Of a DNA stretch of 38,601 bases, positions 17,036-25,713 are shown piece by piece (positions within the stretch are counted from its first letter, which is position 1; each line of letters begins with the position of its first letter). Both the position numbers and the translations under genes were made by a program. A model generated the notes under the pieces. That model searched no databases and was not told the DNA's origin. It was given only the letters and a program-made list of their open reading frames with translations. The stretch lies in UHGV virus genome UHGV-0307961; one strand, written 5' to 3'. The stretch comes from a virus.

Positions 17036-18475
17036 ATGACAGCGCCACTCCTGCGCCTCGACCCCGCCACCGCCGCAGCCATGCGCACCATCCTCACCGG
17101 TAGCGCCCACCACTGGGACACCCCCGGCGACATGGCCCAGGCGCTCGACCCCACCACCGTCCAAACCCCCGCCCTGCGACTCATCGACACCCAGCTCGCC
17201 CAGCTCACAGACACCACCGACGGGCGCCTCATCGTATCCATGCCACCCCAGGAGGGGAAGTCCCAGCGATGCAGCCGCCGCTTCCCCCTGTGGGCACTCA
17301 CCCACAACCCAGACGCCCGTATCGCCATCGCCTCCTACGCCCACTCCGTCGCCCGGCGATGGGGCCGCGTCATCCGAGACGACATCGCCGCCCACCCCAA
17401 GCTCGGGCTCACCGTCCGCCCCGACCTGTCAGCCCAGCACGAATGGCAGCTCGCCGGACACGAGGGGGGCATCTACGCCACCGGCGTCGGTGGAGCCCTC
17501 ACCGGACGCGCCGTCGACCTGCTCATCATCGACGACCCCATCAAGGATCGCGAACAGGCCGACTCCAAGGTGTACCGCGAGCGCGTCTGGGACTGGTGGA
17601 CCGACGTCGCCTCCACCCGACTCGCCCCCGGCGCACCAGTCGTCCTCATCCTCACCCGCTGGCACGAAGATGACCTCGCCGGGCGACTCCTCGCCTCCGA
17701 CGACGCCGACCGCTGGAGCGTCATCAACATTCCAGCCCAGGCCGACAGCAGCGAAGACCCGCTAGGACGCGCACCAGGCCAGTGGCTCCAGTCCGCTCGA
17801 GGCCGCACCGACGCCCAGTGGGAGGCCATCAAGCGACAAGCAGGCTCCCGGACATTCGCCTCCCTCTACCAGGGCCACCCATCACCTCCCGGCGGCACCA
17901 TCTTCAACCGGGACCACTGGATCATAGATGCCCGCCCAGCCTGGCAGGCCGACGACAACCAGCAACGGTGGGTGCCGAGCGGGCAAGTGTTCACCTCCTG
18001 GGACCTCACCTTCAAAGGTGGCGAGCACACCGACTGGGTCGTCGGCCAAGTCTGGCAGCACGACGGGTCCACCCTGCGACTCCTCGACCAATCTCGAGGC
18101 CACTGGAGCTTCACCGAAACCTGCCAGCACATGCAGCGCCTCGCCGCACGATGGCCACAGGCCACCGCCCATCTCGTCGAAGACAAAGCCAACGGTCCCG
18201 CCGTCCTCGACGCCCTCTCCCACACCCTGCCCGGACTCATCCCAGTCCAGCCACAAGGCGGCAAGGAAGCCCGCGCCAACGTCGTCCAGCCCCTCGTCGA
18301 AGCCGGAAATGTCCACCTCCCCGGATACGAGCCCTGGACCGGAGACCTCATCGAAGAACTCGCCGGATTCCCCAACGCCACCCACGACGACCAAGTAGAC
18401 GCCCTCACCCAGGCGATCACGTGGGCCGTCGTCACCCGCCGCAGACAAGGCACCACCCTCACCGCCCTCGGATAG
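17036..18475 (+). CDS. terL: Terminase large subunit
   Basis: Walker A-like PPQEGKS. TRWHEDDL ATPase coupling motif. C-terminal nuclease region with HDDQVDAL. AAGGAGG RBS. Confidence 0.85.
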   Translation: MTAPLLRLDPATAAAMRTILTGSAHHWDTPGDMAQALDPTTVQTPALRLIDTQLAQLTDTTDGRLIVSMPPQEGKSQRCSRRFPLWALTHNPDARIAIASYAHSVARRWGRVIRDDIAAHPKLGLTVRPDLSAQHEWQLAGHEGGIYATGVGGALTGRAVDLLIIDDPIKDREQADSKVYRERVWDWWTDVASTRLAPGAPVVLILTRWHEDDLAGRLLASDDADRWSVINIPAQADSSEDPLGRAPGQWLQSARGRTDAQWEAIKRQAGSRTFASLYQGHPSPPGGTIFNRDHWIIDARPAWQADDNQQRWVPSGQVFTSWDLTFKGGEHTDWVVGQVWQHDGSTLRLLDQSRGHWSFTETCQHMQRLAARWPQATAHLVEDKANGPAVLDALSHTLPGLIPVQPQGGKEARANVVQPLVEAGNVHLPGYEPWTGDLIEELAGFPNATHDDQVDALTQAITWAVVTRRRQGTTLTALG

Positions 18476-18488
18476 GAGCACATGGCCC

Positions 18489-19829
18489 ATGAGCATCCTC
18501 ACAGACGCCATCACCCAATGGGCCAACCGACGTGACGCGTACCGCCTCCTGTACGACTACTATCGCGGCAACCACCAACTGCAGTTCGCCTCACGCGACT
18601 ACCAAACCAAGCAGGCACAAAAGCTCCTCACCGACACGGTCATGTCGCTGCGAGAAAACCTGTGCCCCGCCGCCGTCACCGCATTCACCGACGGTATCGC
18701 CATCGAACAGTGGACCACCACCGCCGACGGCCACGACAACGACGGGGCCGCGAAACTCCACGGACTGTCCAGGCTAGAAGGGTTCATCGACCGGGCTGGC
18801 TTCGTCTACGGCGACGCCTACGCCATCGTCTGGCCCGGCCCCAACGGGCTCACGCCCACCTTCTGTGACCCCACCACCATGATTGCCCAGCCCGACCCAG
18901 ACGACCCCTCCCAGCTGGCATGGGCCGCCCGCATCTGGACCGACCACGACGACTACGGGCGCGTCAACCTGTACCTGCCCGACCGGCTGGAACGCTGGAT
19001 CACCAAGCAGCAAATCACCGGCGATATGCCCGCCCTCGACGACGCATGGACCGGCTGCACCGACAGCGACGGCCCCACCATCGCCCACCAGTTCGGCACC
19101 GTGCCCGTCTGCTGGTGGAAACGAGACCCCGACGACCACATGAGCCACGGCCACTCCATCCTCACCGATGTCATCCCCCTGCAGGACGCCCTCAACAAGA
19201 CCCTCGCCGATCTCATCATCACCACCGAGACCTACGCTCGCCCCTTCTATGCCCTGCTCAACCATGATGTCAACGACGTGCGCAACCCCTACGCCCCCGC
19301 CACTCCCAGACAAGAGCAGCGCATCGACCCAGACAAGCAGCAATTTTGGGCCACCAACGGCCCCGGCCCGCTGCTGCGCTTCGACCCGCCCGACCTCACC
19401 CCGCTGCTCAAAGTCCAAGACGCCTTCGCCTCGAAGATCGCCCGCGTCGTCGGCATCCCCTACCATTATCTCTCCCAAACCTCTGGCGATGTGCCCTCCG
19501 GGGAAGCCCTGCGCATCCTGTCCACCCGCCGCACCGCCACCATCCGGGCATGGCAGCGAGACGCCGAACCCGTCTGGAACGGCCTCCTCCAACTCCTCGG
19601 CGTCGAGCCGGGCATCCAGTGGGCCGAACCCATGCCACTCGACCCCCTCGAGCAGCTCCAGGTCGCCCAGCTTAAGCAGCAGCTCGGCTACGCCCTCGTC
19701 GACATCGTCCACGACCTCGACGAACCAGACCCCGACGGTGTCGTCCAGCGGGCCAGCGACGCTGCAGCACAGTCAGCGCAGGCCGCTGGGCGCGCCCTCA
19801 TGACCGGCACCATCGGCTATGACAGCTAA
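18489..19829 (+). CDS. Portal protein
   Basis: 446 aa, immediately after terL. Its size and position are typical of an SPP1-like portal. Confidence 0.65.
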   Translation: MSILTDAITQWANRRDAYRLLYDYYRGNHQLQFASRDYQTKQAQKLLTDTVMSLRENLCPAAVTAFTDGIAIEQWTTTADGHDNDGAAKLHGLSRLEGFIDRAGFVYGDAYAIVWPGPNGLTPTFCDPTTMIAQPDPDDPSQLAWAARIWTDHDDYGRVNLYLPDRLERWITKQQITGDMPALDDAWTGCTDSDGPTIAHQFGTVPVCWWKRDPDDHMSHGHSILTDVIPLQDALNKTLADLIITTETYARPFYALLNHDVNDVRNPYAPATPRQEQRIDPDKQQFWATNGPGPLLRFDPPDLTPLLKVQDAFASKIARVVGIPYHYLSQTSGDVPSGEALRILSTRRTATIRAWQRDAEPVWNGLLQLLGVEPGIQWAEPMPLDPLEQLQVAQLKQQLGYALVDIVHDLDEPDPDGVVQRASDAAAQSAQAAGRALMTGTIGYDS

Positions 19830-20880
19830 CCAGCACACCCTCACCGAGCTGCTGCGCCAACGCCACCTCATCGACCACATCCAGGACGAGCAAACCCGCC
19901 GCCTCGCCGCCCGCTGGGCCTCCACCTGGGACGCCATTGAATCCGAGCTGCGCACCACCACCCTCGCCCTCGCCCAACTCGATGACGACCAGAAAGCCAC
20001 CGCCGCCATCCGCACCATCAAGGCCCGAGACGCCCTCGCCATCGCCACCGACGGGCTCACCGACTGCCTCGCCGCCTCCAACCACGCGGCAGCCGCCACC
20101 GCCCGCCACCTCATCGAGCAGGCCGCCTCCGACCAAGACGCACTCATCGCCACACAGCTACCACCAGGCCACACCATCAACCTCGCCTCCGTCGACGCCA
20201 GCCAAATCGACGTGATCACCCTGCGAACGCTCCAGCAAATCACCGTGCGCCACTGGTACCTCAACGCTGCCGCCACCGACGCCATGAAGCACGCCCTCAC
20301 CGTCGGCGTCGCCCTCGGTCGCAACCCAAAACAGGTCGCCGCACACATGATCGCAGCCGTCCAAGGACACTTCGAGGGCGGACTCGCCCGAGCCCTCGTC
20401 ATCGCACGCACCGAACAACTCGACGCCTACAGGGCCGCCGCGCAAGCCCACCACGCCGCCAACCGCGACATCCTCCAGGGATGGCAGTGGTACGCCGAGC
20501 TCGACCACCGCACATGCGCCTCCTGCATCTCCCACCACGGCGAAACCCACCCCCTCGACGAGCCAGGGCCCCTCGACCACCACCAAGGCCGCTGCACACG
20601 CCTACCCCTGACCAAAACATGGAACCAGCTCGGGTTCGACGACATCGACGAGCCCGACTCGGCAGTCAATGAGGGGGATGGATACGCCTGGTTCCAATCA
20701 CAACCAGAAACCACACAGCGCGACATCCTCGGCCCCAAACGATTCCAAGCCTGGACCGACGGCCGCTACCCACCCGACGACTGGACCACCCTCAAACGCC
20801 ACTGGTCACCCGACAAGCACGGGGTCATGCGCCAAGACTGGCGCGACTCCTGGCACGTCGGACCAGTCCACGACGACTAG
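19819..20880 (+). CDS. Head morphogenesis / minor capsid protein (phage Mu F-like, SPP1 gp7 family)
   Basis: VIARTEQLDAY...CASCISHHGETHPLDE. It follows the portal gene. Confidence 0.6.
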   Translation: MTANQHTLTELLRQRHLIDHIQDEQTRRLAARWASTWDAIESELRTTTLALAQLDDDQKATAAIRTIKARDALAIATDGLTDCLAASNHAAAATARHLIEQAASDQDALIATQLPPGHTINLASVDASQIDVITLRTLQQITVRHWYLNAAATDAMKHALTVGVALGRNPKQVAAHMIAAVQGHFEGGLARALVIARTEQLDAYRAAAQAHHAANRDILQGWQWYAELDHRTCASCISHHGETHPLDEPGPLDHHQGRCTRLPLTKTWNQLGFDDIDEPDSAVNEGDGYAWFQSQPETTQRDILGPKRFQAWTDGRYPPDDWTTLKRHWSPDKHGVMRQDWRDSWHVGPVHDD

Positions 20881-20897
20881 AAGAAAGGACATCCGAG

Positions 20898-21470
20898 ATG
20901 GATGACACCACCGAAAACACCGCCACCGACGAGACCACCGACGATTCTGCTAAGGTTGGTGACAGCCAAGGCACCACTGTCGACGCAGGCGAGACGCCAC
21001 AGACAGAAGGGCGCGGCTCCAAGAGCGCAGTCCTCGCCGACCTAGCCAAGGAGCGCGACAAGCGCCACCAGCTCGAAGCCCAATTCTCCCAGTTGCGCGA
21101 CGGCCTCGCCGCCGCCCTCGGGATCGACCAGGGCGAGACGCCCACCCCCGAGCAGCTCACAGAGCAGCTCACCCAAGCCCAGGCAGAAACCAAGGCGGCA
21201 CAGCTACAGCTCGCCGTCTACCAGTCCATGCCTGACGGAGTCGACAGGGAAGCCCTCCTCGACTCCAATGCCTTCCGTGAGGCCATCTCCGACGCGACGC
21301 CGGATGACATCGCCACCATCATCACCGAGTTCGTCGACGCCCACCCCCGCTTCAAGACGAAGCCCGCCGGTGCAGGCTCCCGCGACCTCAACACCCCCGC
21401 CACACCATCAGCCCCCCTCGACCCGATCGCAGCCGCCCTCACGGCAGCCGTCGGGCGACGTCACGCCTAA
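20898..21470 (+). CDS. Scaffolding protein
   Basis: Acidic Thr/Asp/Glu-rich N-terminus, a heptad-like central region, and a position just before the major capsid gene. Confidence 0.5.
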   Translation: MDDTTENTATDETTDDSAKVGDSQGTTVDAGETPQTEGRGSKSAVLADLAKERDKRHQLEAQFSQLRDGLAAALGIDQGETPTPEQLTEQLTQAQAETKAAQLQLAVYQSMPDGVDREALLDSNAFREAISDATPDDIATIITEFVDAHPRFKTKPAGAGSRDLNTPATPSAPLDPIAAALTAAVGRRHA

Positions 21471-21479
21471 GGAGACCCC

Positions 21480-22379
21480 ATGGCTGTCACCGCCCCCACC
21501 AAGACCACTGATTTTGCTGGATACCTCCAGCCACACATGGCCCAGGACTTCTTCGCCGAGGCCGCCAAGCGCTCCGTTGTCCAGCAGCTCGCCCGCAAGG
21601 TCCCGCTAGGCATCTCCGGAGAGACCGTCCCGATTGTCACCTCCAAGCCCACCGCCGGATGGGTCGCCGAGGCGGGCGAGAAGCCCGTCACCAAGGGCAC
21701 GGTTGGACTGCTCAAGATGCAGCCCAAGAAGATCGCCGCCATCGCCGTCGTCTCCTCCGAGGTCGTGCGCGCCAACCCCGCCAACTACGTCAATTTGTTC
21801 AAGACCGACATTGCCGAGGCGTTCGCGCTCGCCTTCGATGCCGCCGTCCTGCACGGCGTCAACTCGCCGTTCGATCACAACCTCGACGAGACCAAGAAGG
21901 CCGTCGAGCTCGGTACCGCCGACGCCGCCCACGGAGGCATCTGCGGCGACGCCAACTCTGCTATCCAGCTTATGGTCGCCGACGGCAAGAAGCTCACCGG
22001 CTGGGCCTTCGACACCACCGCAGAGCCCCTCCTCAACGGCTCCTACGACACCACCGGACGGCCCCTCCTCACCGAGCCTGTCTACTCGGATAACGCCCTC
22101 GCATCCGCCCGCCTACTGGGACGCTCCGCGTTCATCGGCGACGGTGTCGCAACCGCCGACAAGAAGACTGTCGTCGGCTACGGCGGCGACTGGTCCAAGA
22201 TCGTCTGGGGACAGGTGGGAGGCATCTCCTACTCCGTCTCCACTGAGGCCACCGTCAAGATCAACGGCGAGCTCATTCCGCTGTGGCAGAACAACCTGGT
22301 CGGCATCCTCGCCGAGGCGGAGTTCGGCTGCCTCATCACCGACCCCGAGCAGTTCGTCAAGCTCACCAACGCCGCATGA
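21480..22379 (+). CDS. Major capsid protein (HK97-fold family inferred)
   Basis: 299 aa, after the scaffold. The GGAGACCCC ATG context suggests high expression. Confidence 0.65.
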   Translation: MAVTAPTKTTDFAGYLQPHMAQDFFAEAAKRSVVQQLARKVPLGISGETVPIVTSKPTAGWVAEAGEKPVTKGTVGLLKMQPKKIAAIAVVSSEVVRANPANYVNLFKTDIAEAFALAFDAAVLHGVNSPFDHNLDETKKAVELGTADAAHGGICGDANSAIQLMVADGKKLTGWAFDTTAEPLLNGSYDTTGRPLLTEPVYSDNALASARLLGRSAFIGDGVATADKKTVVGYGGDWSKIVWGQVGGISYSVSTEATVKINGELIPLWQNNLVGILAEAEFGCLITDPEQFVKLTNAA

Positions 22380-22481
22380 GTGACGCAAAGGTGACCTTCA
22401 CCACGCCAGGCGGCACACAGGTCACCTGCCCCCCAGACCTGGCCGCCAAGCTCGGATGGACACCCAGGAAGGAGCCCGACA

Positions 22482-22892
22482 GTGGACAGAAACCTCGCGA
22501 TCCTGCACGTGAGCGGGCTCCTCGGCGACGCGCTTGACTCCTCCCAGATAGCCGAGTGCGTCGACAGCTCAGCCATCCCAGACGACCATGGACGCCTACC
22601 CAGCGACCCCGACTGGCAGCCCACCTACGACCAGTGGTGGGCTGCCGCCGAGGCCGCCACACTGGCGGCATCCCTGGTAGGCGACCAGCTCACCCACGTC
22701 ACCTCCGAGGGCACCACCATGATCGTCACCCCCAAGGACTGGGCTGCCACCGCCGCCGCATGGCGACGCCGCTCCCGCATCTGGGCCGACACCCACCGGG
22801 GAGGATTCACTCTCATCGAGGTGGGCCAGCCTCACATCTACAGCCCCACCACGGACCTGTATCGCGGCTGGAGGGACACCTCATGGACCTGA
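22482..22892 (+). CDS. Head-tail connector / DNA-packaging adaptor protein (GTG start)
   Basis: GGAAGGAG RBS then GTG. Position after the capsid gene. Confidence 0.45.
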   Translation: MDRNLAILHVSGLLGDALDSSQIAECVDSSAIPDDHGRLPSDPDWQPTYDQWWAAAEAATLAASLVGDQLTHVTSEGTTMIVTPKDWAATAAAWRRRSRIWADTHRGGFTLIEVGQPHIYSPTTDLYRGWRDTSWT

Positions 22893-23287
22893 CACGCGCC
22901 ATCGATACTGCCCGCGACTGGCATGAGCAGCTATACACCGACAAAGCGGTCATCTTTCATACCGTCGACACATCAACCGACGAAGATGGCGTGGAGTACG
23001 ACGATATACACCGAAGCGCCCCCATCGACTGCCTTGTGCAGCGCATCAACGGCGAGGCAAGTCAATCCACCTCCGCTGGCGATTCAGTCCGCATCGCCAC
23101 CCACGTCTGCAAAACCAGCCCCAATGTCTCCATCCAAGTCGGAGACATGCTCGATGTCATCGACAGCTACGACTCCGACAACGAAGATTTCTACAGAATT
23201 GTCGACATGGAACAGCAGGCCTGGGCCATCACCCGAAAGGCATACCTGGTGCGAGCATGGCGTTCACGATTGACACCACACAGCTAA
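22883..23287 (+). CDS. Head-tail joining protein
   Basis: GGAGGG RBS, and an ATG overlapping the upstream stop. Confidence 0.45.
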   Translation: MDLTRAIDTARDWHEQLYTDKAVIFHTVDTSTDEDGVEYDDIHRSAPIDCLVQRINGEASQSTSAGDSVRIATHVCKTSPNVSIQVGDMLDVIDSYDSDNEDFYRIVDMEQQAWAITRKAYLVRAWRSRLTPHS

Positions 23288-23613
23288 CCAGCCTCACCGC
23301 AGACCTCGGCAAAACCGGCTACAAGGCCACCAAGGAGGCAGGCCAGGCAGTCCGCAAATCCGCCCTCGACGTGGAACGCATCGGTAAACAGCGCTGCCCC
23401 GTCGACACCGGGGCCACCCGTGAATCCATCCACACCACCGCCTCGGCGGGCGGCATGTCGGCAGAGATCGGACCCACCACCTACTACGCGCCATTCCTGG
23501 AGTGGGGCACCCGCCACATGGAGGCCCGCCCATTCATGCGCCCCGCCCTCGACGATGTCACCCCCGGCTTCGTGCGAGCCATGAAGCAGATAGGAGGCAC
23601 GCTTCTTGACTGA
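23257..23613 (+). CDS. HK97 gp10-like head-tail component
   Basis: ...YYAPFLEWGTRHMEARPFMRPAL. Confidence 0.55.
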   Translation: MAFTIDTTQLTSLTADLGKTGYKATKEAGQAVRKSALDVERIGKQRCPVDTGATRESIHTTASAGGMSAEIGPTTYYAPFLEWGTRHMEARPFMRPALDDVTPGFVRAMKQIGGTLLD

Positions 23614-23974
23614 CGTCATCACCGACATCGTTGCCCTCGTCCCCGGCAATGGCCTGGACGGGCGCCACTCAGCACCCACTATCTACCCCTACGCGGTCGT
23701 CACCCAGCGTGACTGTCAGCTCGCCACCACTCTCGGAGACAGGCCCCTGTGGCATGTCACCGTCGACGTCATGGCCGTCTCCAATAACCCGGCAGGCACC
23801 CGCCTCTACACCCGCCGCGTCATCGACGCCCTCGACGGACAGCGCATCGACGGATACCGGCTCACCCACGTCACCTCAGGCCCCGTCCTGGCAGACCGAG
23901 GAGACCCCACCAACTGGTGCTGGACATGCACCAACGAGTTTCACATCACCACCCCAAGGAGGCCCCGTGACTGA
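23606..23974 (+). CDS. Tail completion / terminator-like protein
   Basis: 122 aa. Its N-terminus MTDVITDIVA resembles the N-terminus of the 32280 minor tail protein (MADIFTDIVA). Confidence 0.4.
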   Translation: MTDVITDIVALVPGNGLDGRHSAPTIYPYAVVTQRDCQLATTLGDRPLWHVTVDVMAVSNNPAGTRLYTRRVIDALDGQRIDGYRLTHVTSGPVLADRGDPTNWCWTCTNEFHITTPRRPRD

Positions 23975-24155
23975 CACCAAGTGGGTGCGCATCGCAGACA
24001 GCACCTGCCAGCGCACCGTCCCCGCAGACGCCGTCCCAGGCGGTGCGCGCATTCTCGCCAACCATCCCGCCACCGACCCGCAGGGCCGCCCACTCCCAAC
24101 CAAGCCCCGCACCGACAGTACCGCCAAGACCGACACCCCGAAAAAGGAGAAGTGA
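23967..24155 (+). CDS. Small hypothetical protein (GTG start)
   Basis: AAGGAGG RBS directly before the GTG at 23967. It is the C-terminal part of the long Pro/Thr-rich ORF 23631-24155. Confidence 0.35.
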   Translation: MTDTKWVRIADSTCQRTVPADAVPGGARILANHPATDPQGRPLPTKPRTDSTAKTDTPKKEK

Positions 24156-24158
24156 CCC

Positions 24159-24662
24159 ATGACTGTTAGCGTTTACAACCCCGAGGGCATTGAGACCATC
24201 GAGAACTCCAAGGTGATGATCGTGCCGTCCATCGCCAAGCTTGAGGCCGCAACCGTCACCGAGCTGAAGGCGGGCACCGAGATCACCTGCGCCCTGAAGT
24301 CCTTTGAGACCTCCTCGGACGCCTCCGAGTCTGAGGACAAGCGCATCTGCCGCCGCGCCGCTTCCAAGCGTCCCGGTCCTGTCACCTACGGCATCTCCGA
24401 CACCGACATCATCATCACCGACCCCCAGAAGGAGGACAAGGTGATCGCCGGACTCGAGCCGGGCGCCCACACGATCCTTGTCGAGTTTCCCGCCGTCAAG
24501 CCAGGGGCTGACGTCGTCGCAGGCCAGAAGTATTACGCCTGGAAGGCCACCGTCAAGACCAAGACACCCGGCAAGCTCACCACCGACGACGGAGAAATGT
24601 TCACCATGAACATCGGCTGGTCAGTGTCCGACCGCACCCTCAACGGCGCTGTCGCCTCCTGA
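24159..24662 (+). CDS. Major tail protein
   Basis: 167 aa. It lies before the chaperone pair and the TMP, and a strong hairpin terminator follows it. Confidence 0.6.
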   Translation: MTVSVYNPEGIETIENSKVMIVPSIAKLEAATVTELKAGTEITCALKSFETSSDASESEDKRICRRAASKRPGPVTYGISDTDIIITDPQKEDKVIAGLEPGAHTILVEFPAVKPGADVVAGQKYYAWKATVKTKTPGKLTTDDGEMFTMNIGWSVSDRTLNGAVAS

Positions 24663-24668
24663 AATCGT

Positions 24669-24712
24669 GGCCAGGTCTAGGGCTCGCTGGGTGCCAGACC
24701 CTAGACCTGGCC
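24669..24712 (+). terminator. Hairpin with a 14-bp perfect stem (ggccaggtctaggg / ccctagacctggcc) after the major tail gene
   Basis: Inverted repeat 24669-24682 / 24699-24712 with a 16-nt loop. There is no U-tract, as is common in high-GC actinobacteria. Confidence 0.5.
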
Positions 24713-24760
24713 GCCCCCACCATCTGGCACTCATCCGGCACCCATAGGAGAACTCCCCCC

Positions 24761-25306
24761 ATGACTGGAACCCCCGACATGCGCACCCTCATGCAGGCCT
24801 ACGTGGCAGGCACCAACCGTCCCACGAAACATGTGGACATCTGCCTAGACCCAGCCTGTGCACGCGCCTGGAAAGACGCCGACGCCGAGCTGACTGACGC
24901 CAAGGCCGCCGTCGACGATGAAGCAGACGAGACGGGAGGCACCATCGGCGCAGCTTCCGCCGCCAAGAAGCGACTAACCGCCGCCACCAAGGCCGAAAAG
25001 GACGCCCGCAATCGCCTGGCACAATCCAGCATCCGACTCGTCTTCACCGGGCTCACCACCACCGCCTGGAACGGCCTCATCACAGCACTACGCACCATCG
25101 ACAACGACGAGGAGCGCACCATCGCCGAGCAGTCCAGGCTCCCCCAGAAGTGCCTCACCGGCGCAACAACCGTCACCGGCAACGATGCAGGACTCACCAA
25201 GGAGGACCTGGACCGCCTGCTGGACAATCTTCCCCCCGCCGACGTGTCCCGCTGCTGGGCCGCAGCGCTGGAGGCCTGCACCGAAACTATTGACCTCCCT
25301 TTCTGA
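24761..25306 (+). CDS. Tail assembly chaperone (gpG-like)
   Basis: Located between the major tail protein and the TMP. It ends in the slippery heptamer C_CCT_TTC immediately before the TGA. Confidence 0.55.
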   Translation: MTGTPDMRTLMQAYVAGTNRPTKHVDICLDPACARAWKDADAELTDAKAAVDDEADETGGTIGAASAAKKRLTAATKAEKDARNRLAQSSIRLVFTGLTTTAWNGLITALRTIDNDEERTIAEQSRLPQKCLTGATTVTGNDAGLTKEDLDRLLDNLPPADVSRCWAAALEACTETIDLPF

Positions 25307-25689
25307 GTGAGGCGGTAGCCGACCCGCAGATACGCCGCGACATCGACCATGCTCGCGAGTGGTCGATACCCCCAACTGTGTATTGGGGCCGCGACGACGG
25401 GGCACAGTGGACCCCCGAGGACCGCGCCATCCTCGACGCCCTCGACGACTACCAGTCCACGCTGTGTCCCGGATGTGGCCAGCCCATGTCCAGCCATGTC
25501 GGCAAAACCGCAGCCGACTACACCGGAGCCGCCATCACCTGCCCATCGCTGCAGGCGCTAGACCGGGATCAGGTGGCCCAGGCGCGACGCGACGGCCACA
25601 CAGACCAGAAACCCAACCCGGAGAGGGCTCGCCGCTGGATCCACGGCGACCGGAAACACATCACCGAATGGGCAAAGCAATTCCAGTGA
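25297..25689 (+). CDS. Tail assembly chaperone -1 frameshift extension (gpGT-like), fused to 24761-25306 by a programmed -1 shift
   Basis: The -1 frame is open from upstream of the G stop through 25689. The slippery site CCCTTTC (25297-25303) fits X_XXY_YYZ in the zero frame. This is the canonical G/GT arrangement upstream of a TMP. Confidence 0.5.
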   Translation, partial: PFLSEAVADPQIRRDIDHAREWSIPPTVYWGRDDGAQWTPEDRAILDALDDYQSTLCPGCGQPMSSHVGKTAADYTGAAITCPSLQALDRDQVAQARRDGHTDQKPNPERARRWIHGDRKHITEWAKQFQ

Positions 25690-25713
25690 CACACCGCACA
25701 TGAAGGAGATGCT

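Noticed and set aside
18774-19712. 312-aa minus-strand ORF inside the portal gene
   Set aside because: It is antisense to a coherent portal ORF and has a low-complexity Gly/Val/Asp composition.
21634-22383. 249-aa plus-strand ORF in another frame of the major capsid gene
   Set aside because: It is Pro/Ser-rich low complexity and fully overlaps the capsid gene, which has the RBS and a coherent sequence.
22376-22537. 53-aa ORF starting at the capsid stop codon (MSDAKVTF...)
   Set aside because: It overlaps the RBS-supported GTG start of the connector gene at 22482 in another frame. It could be a real small protein, but it has no independent support.
23631-24155. 174-aa Pro/Thr-rich ORF spanning the tail terminator gene region
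   Set aside because: Only its last 62 codons, from the GTG at 23967 with an AAGGAGG RBS, look like a real gene. The upstream part overlaps 23606-23974 in another frame.
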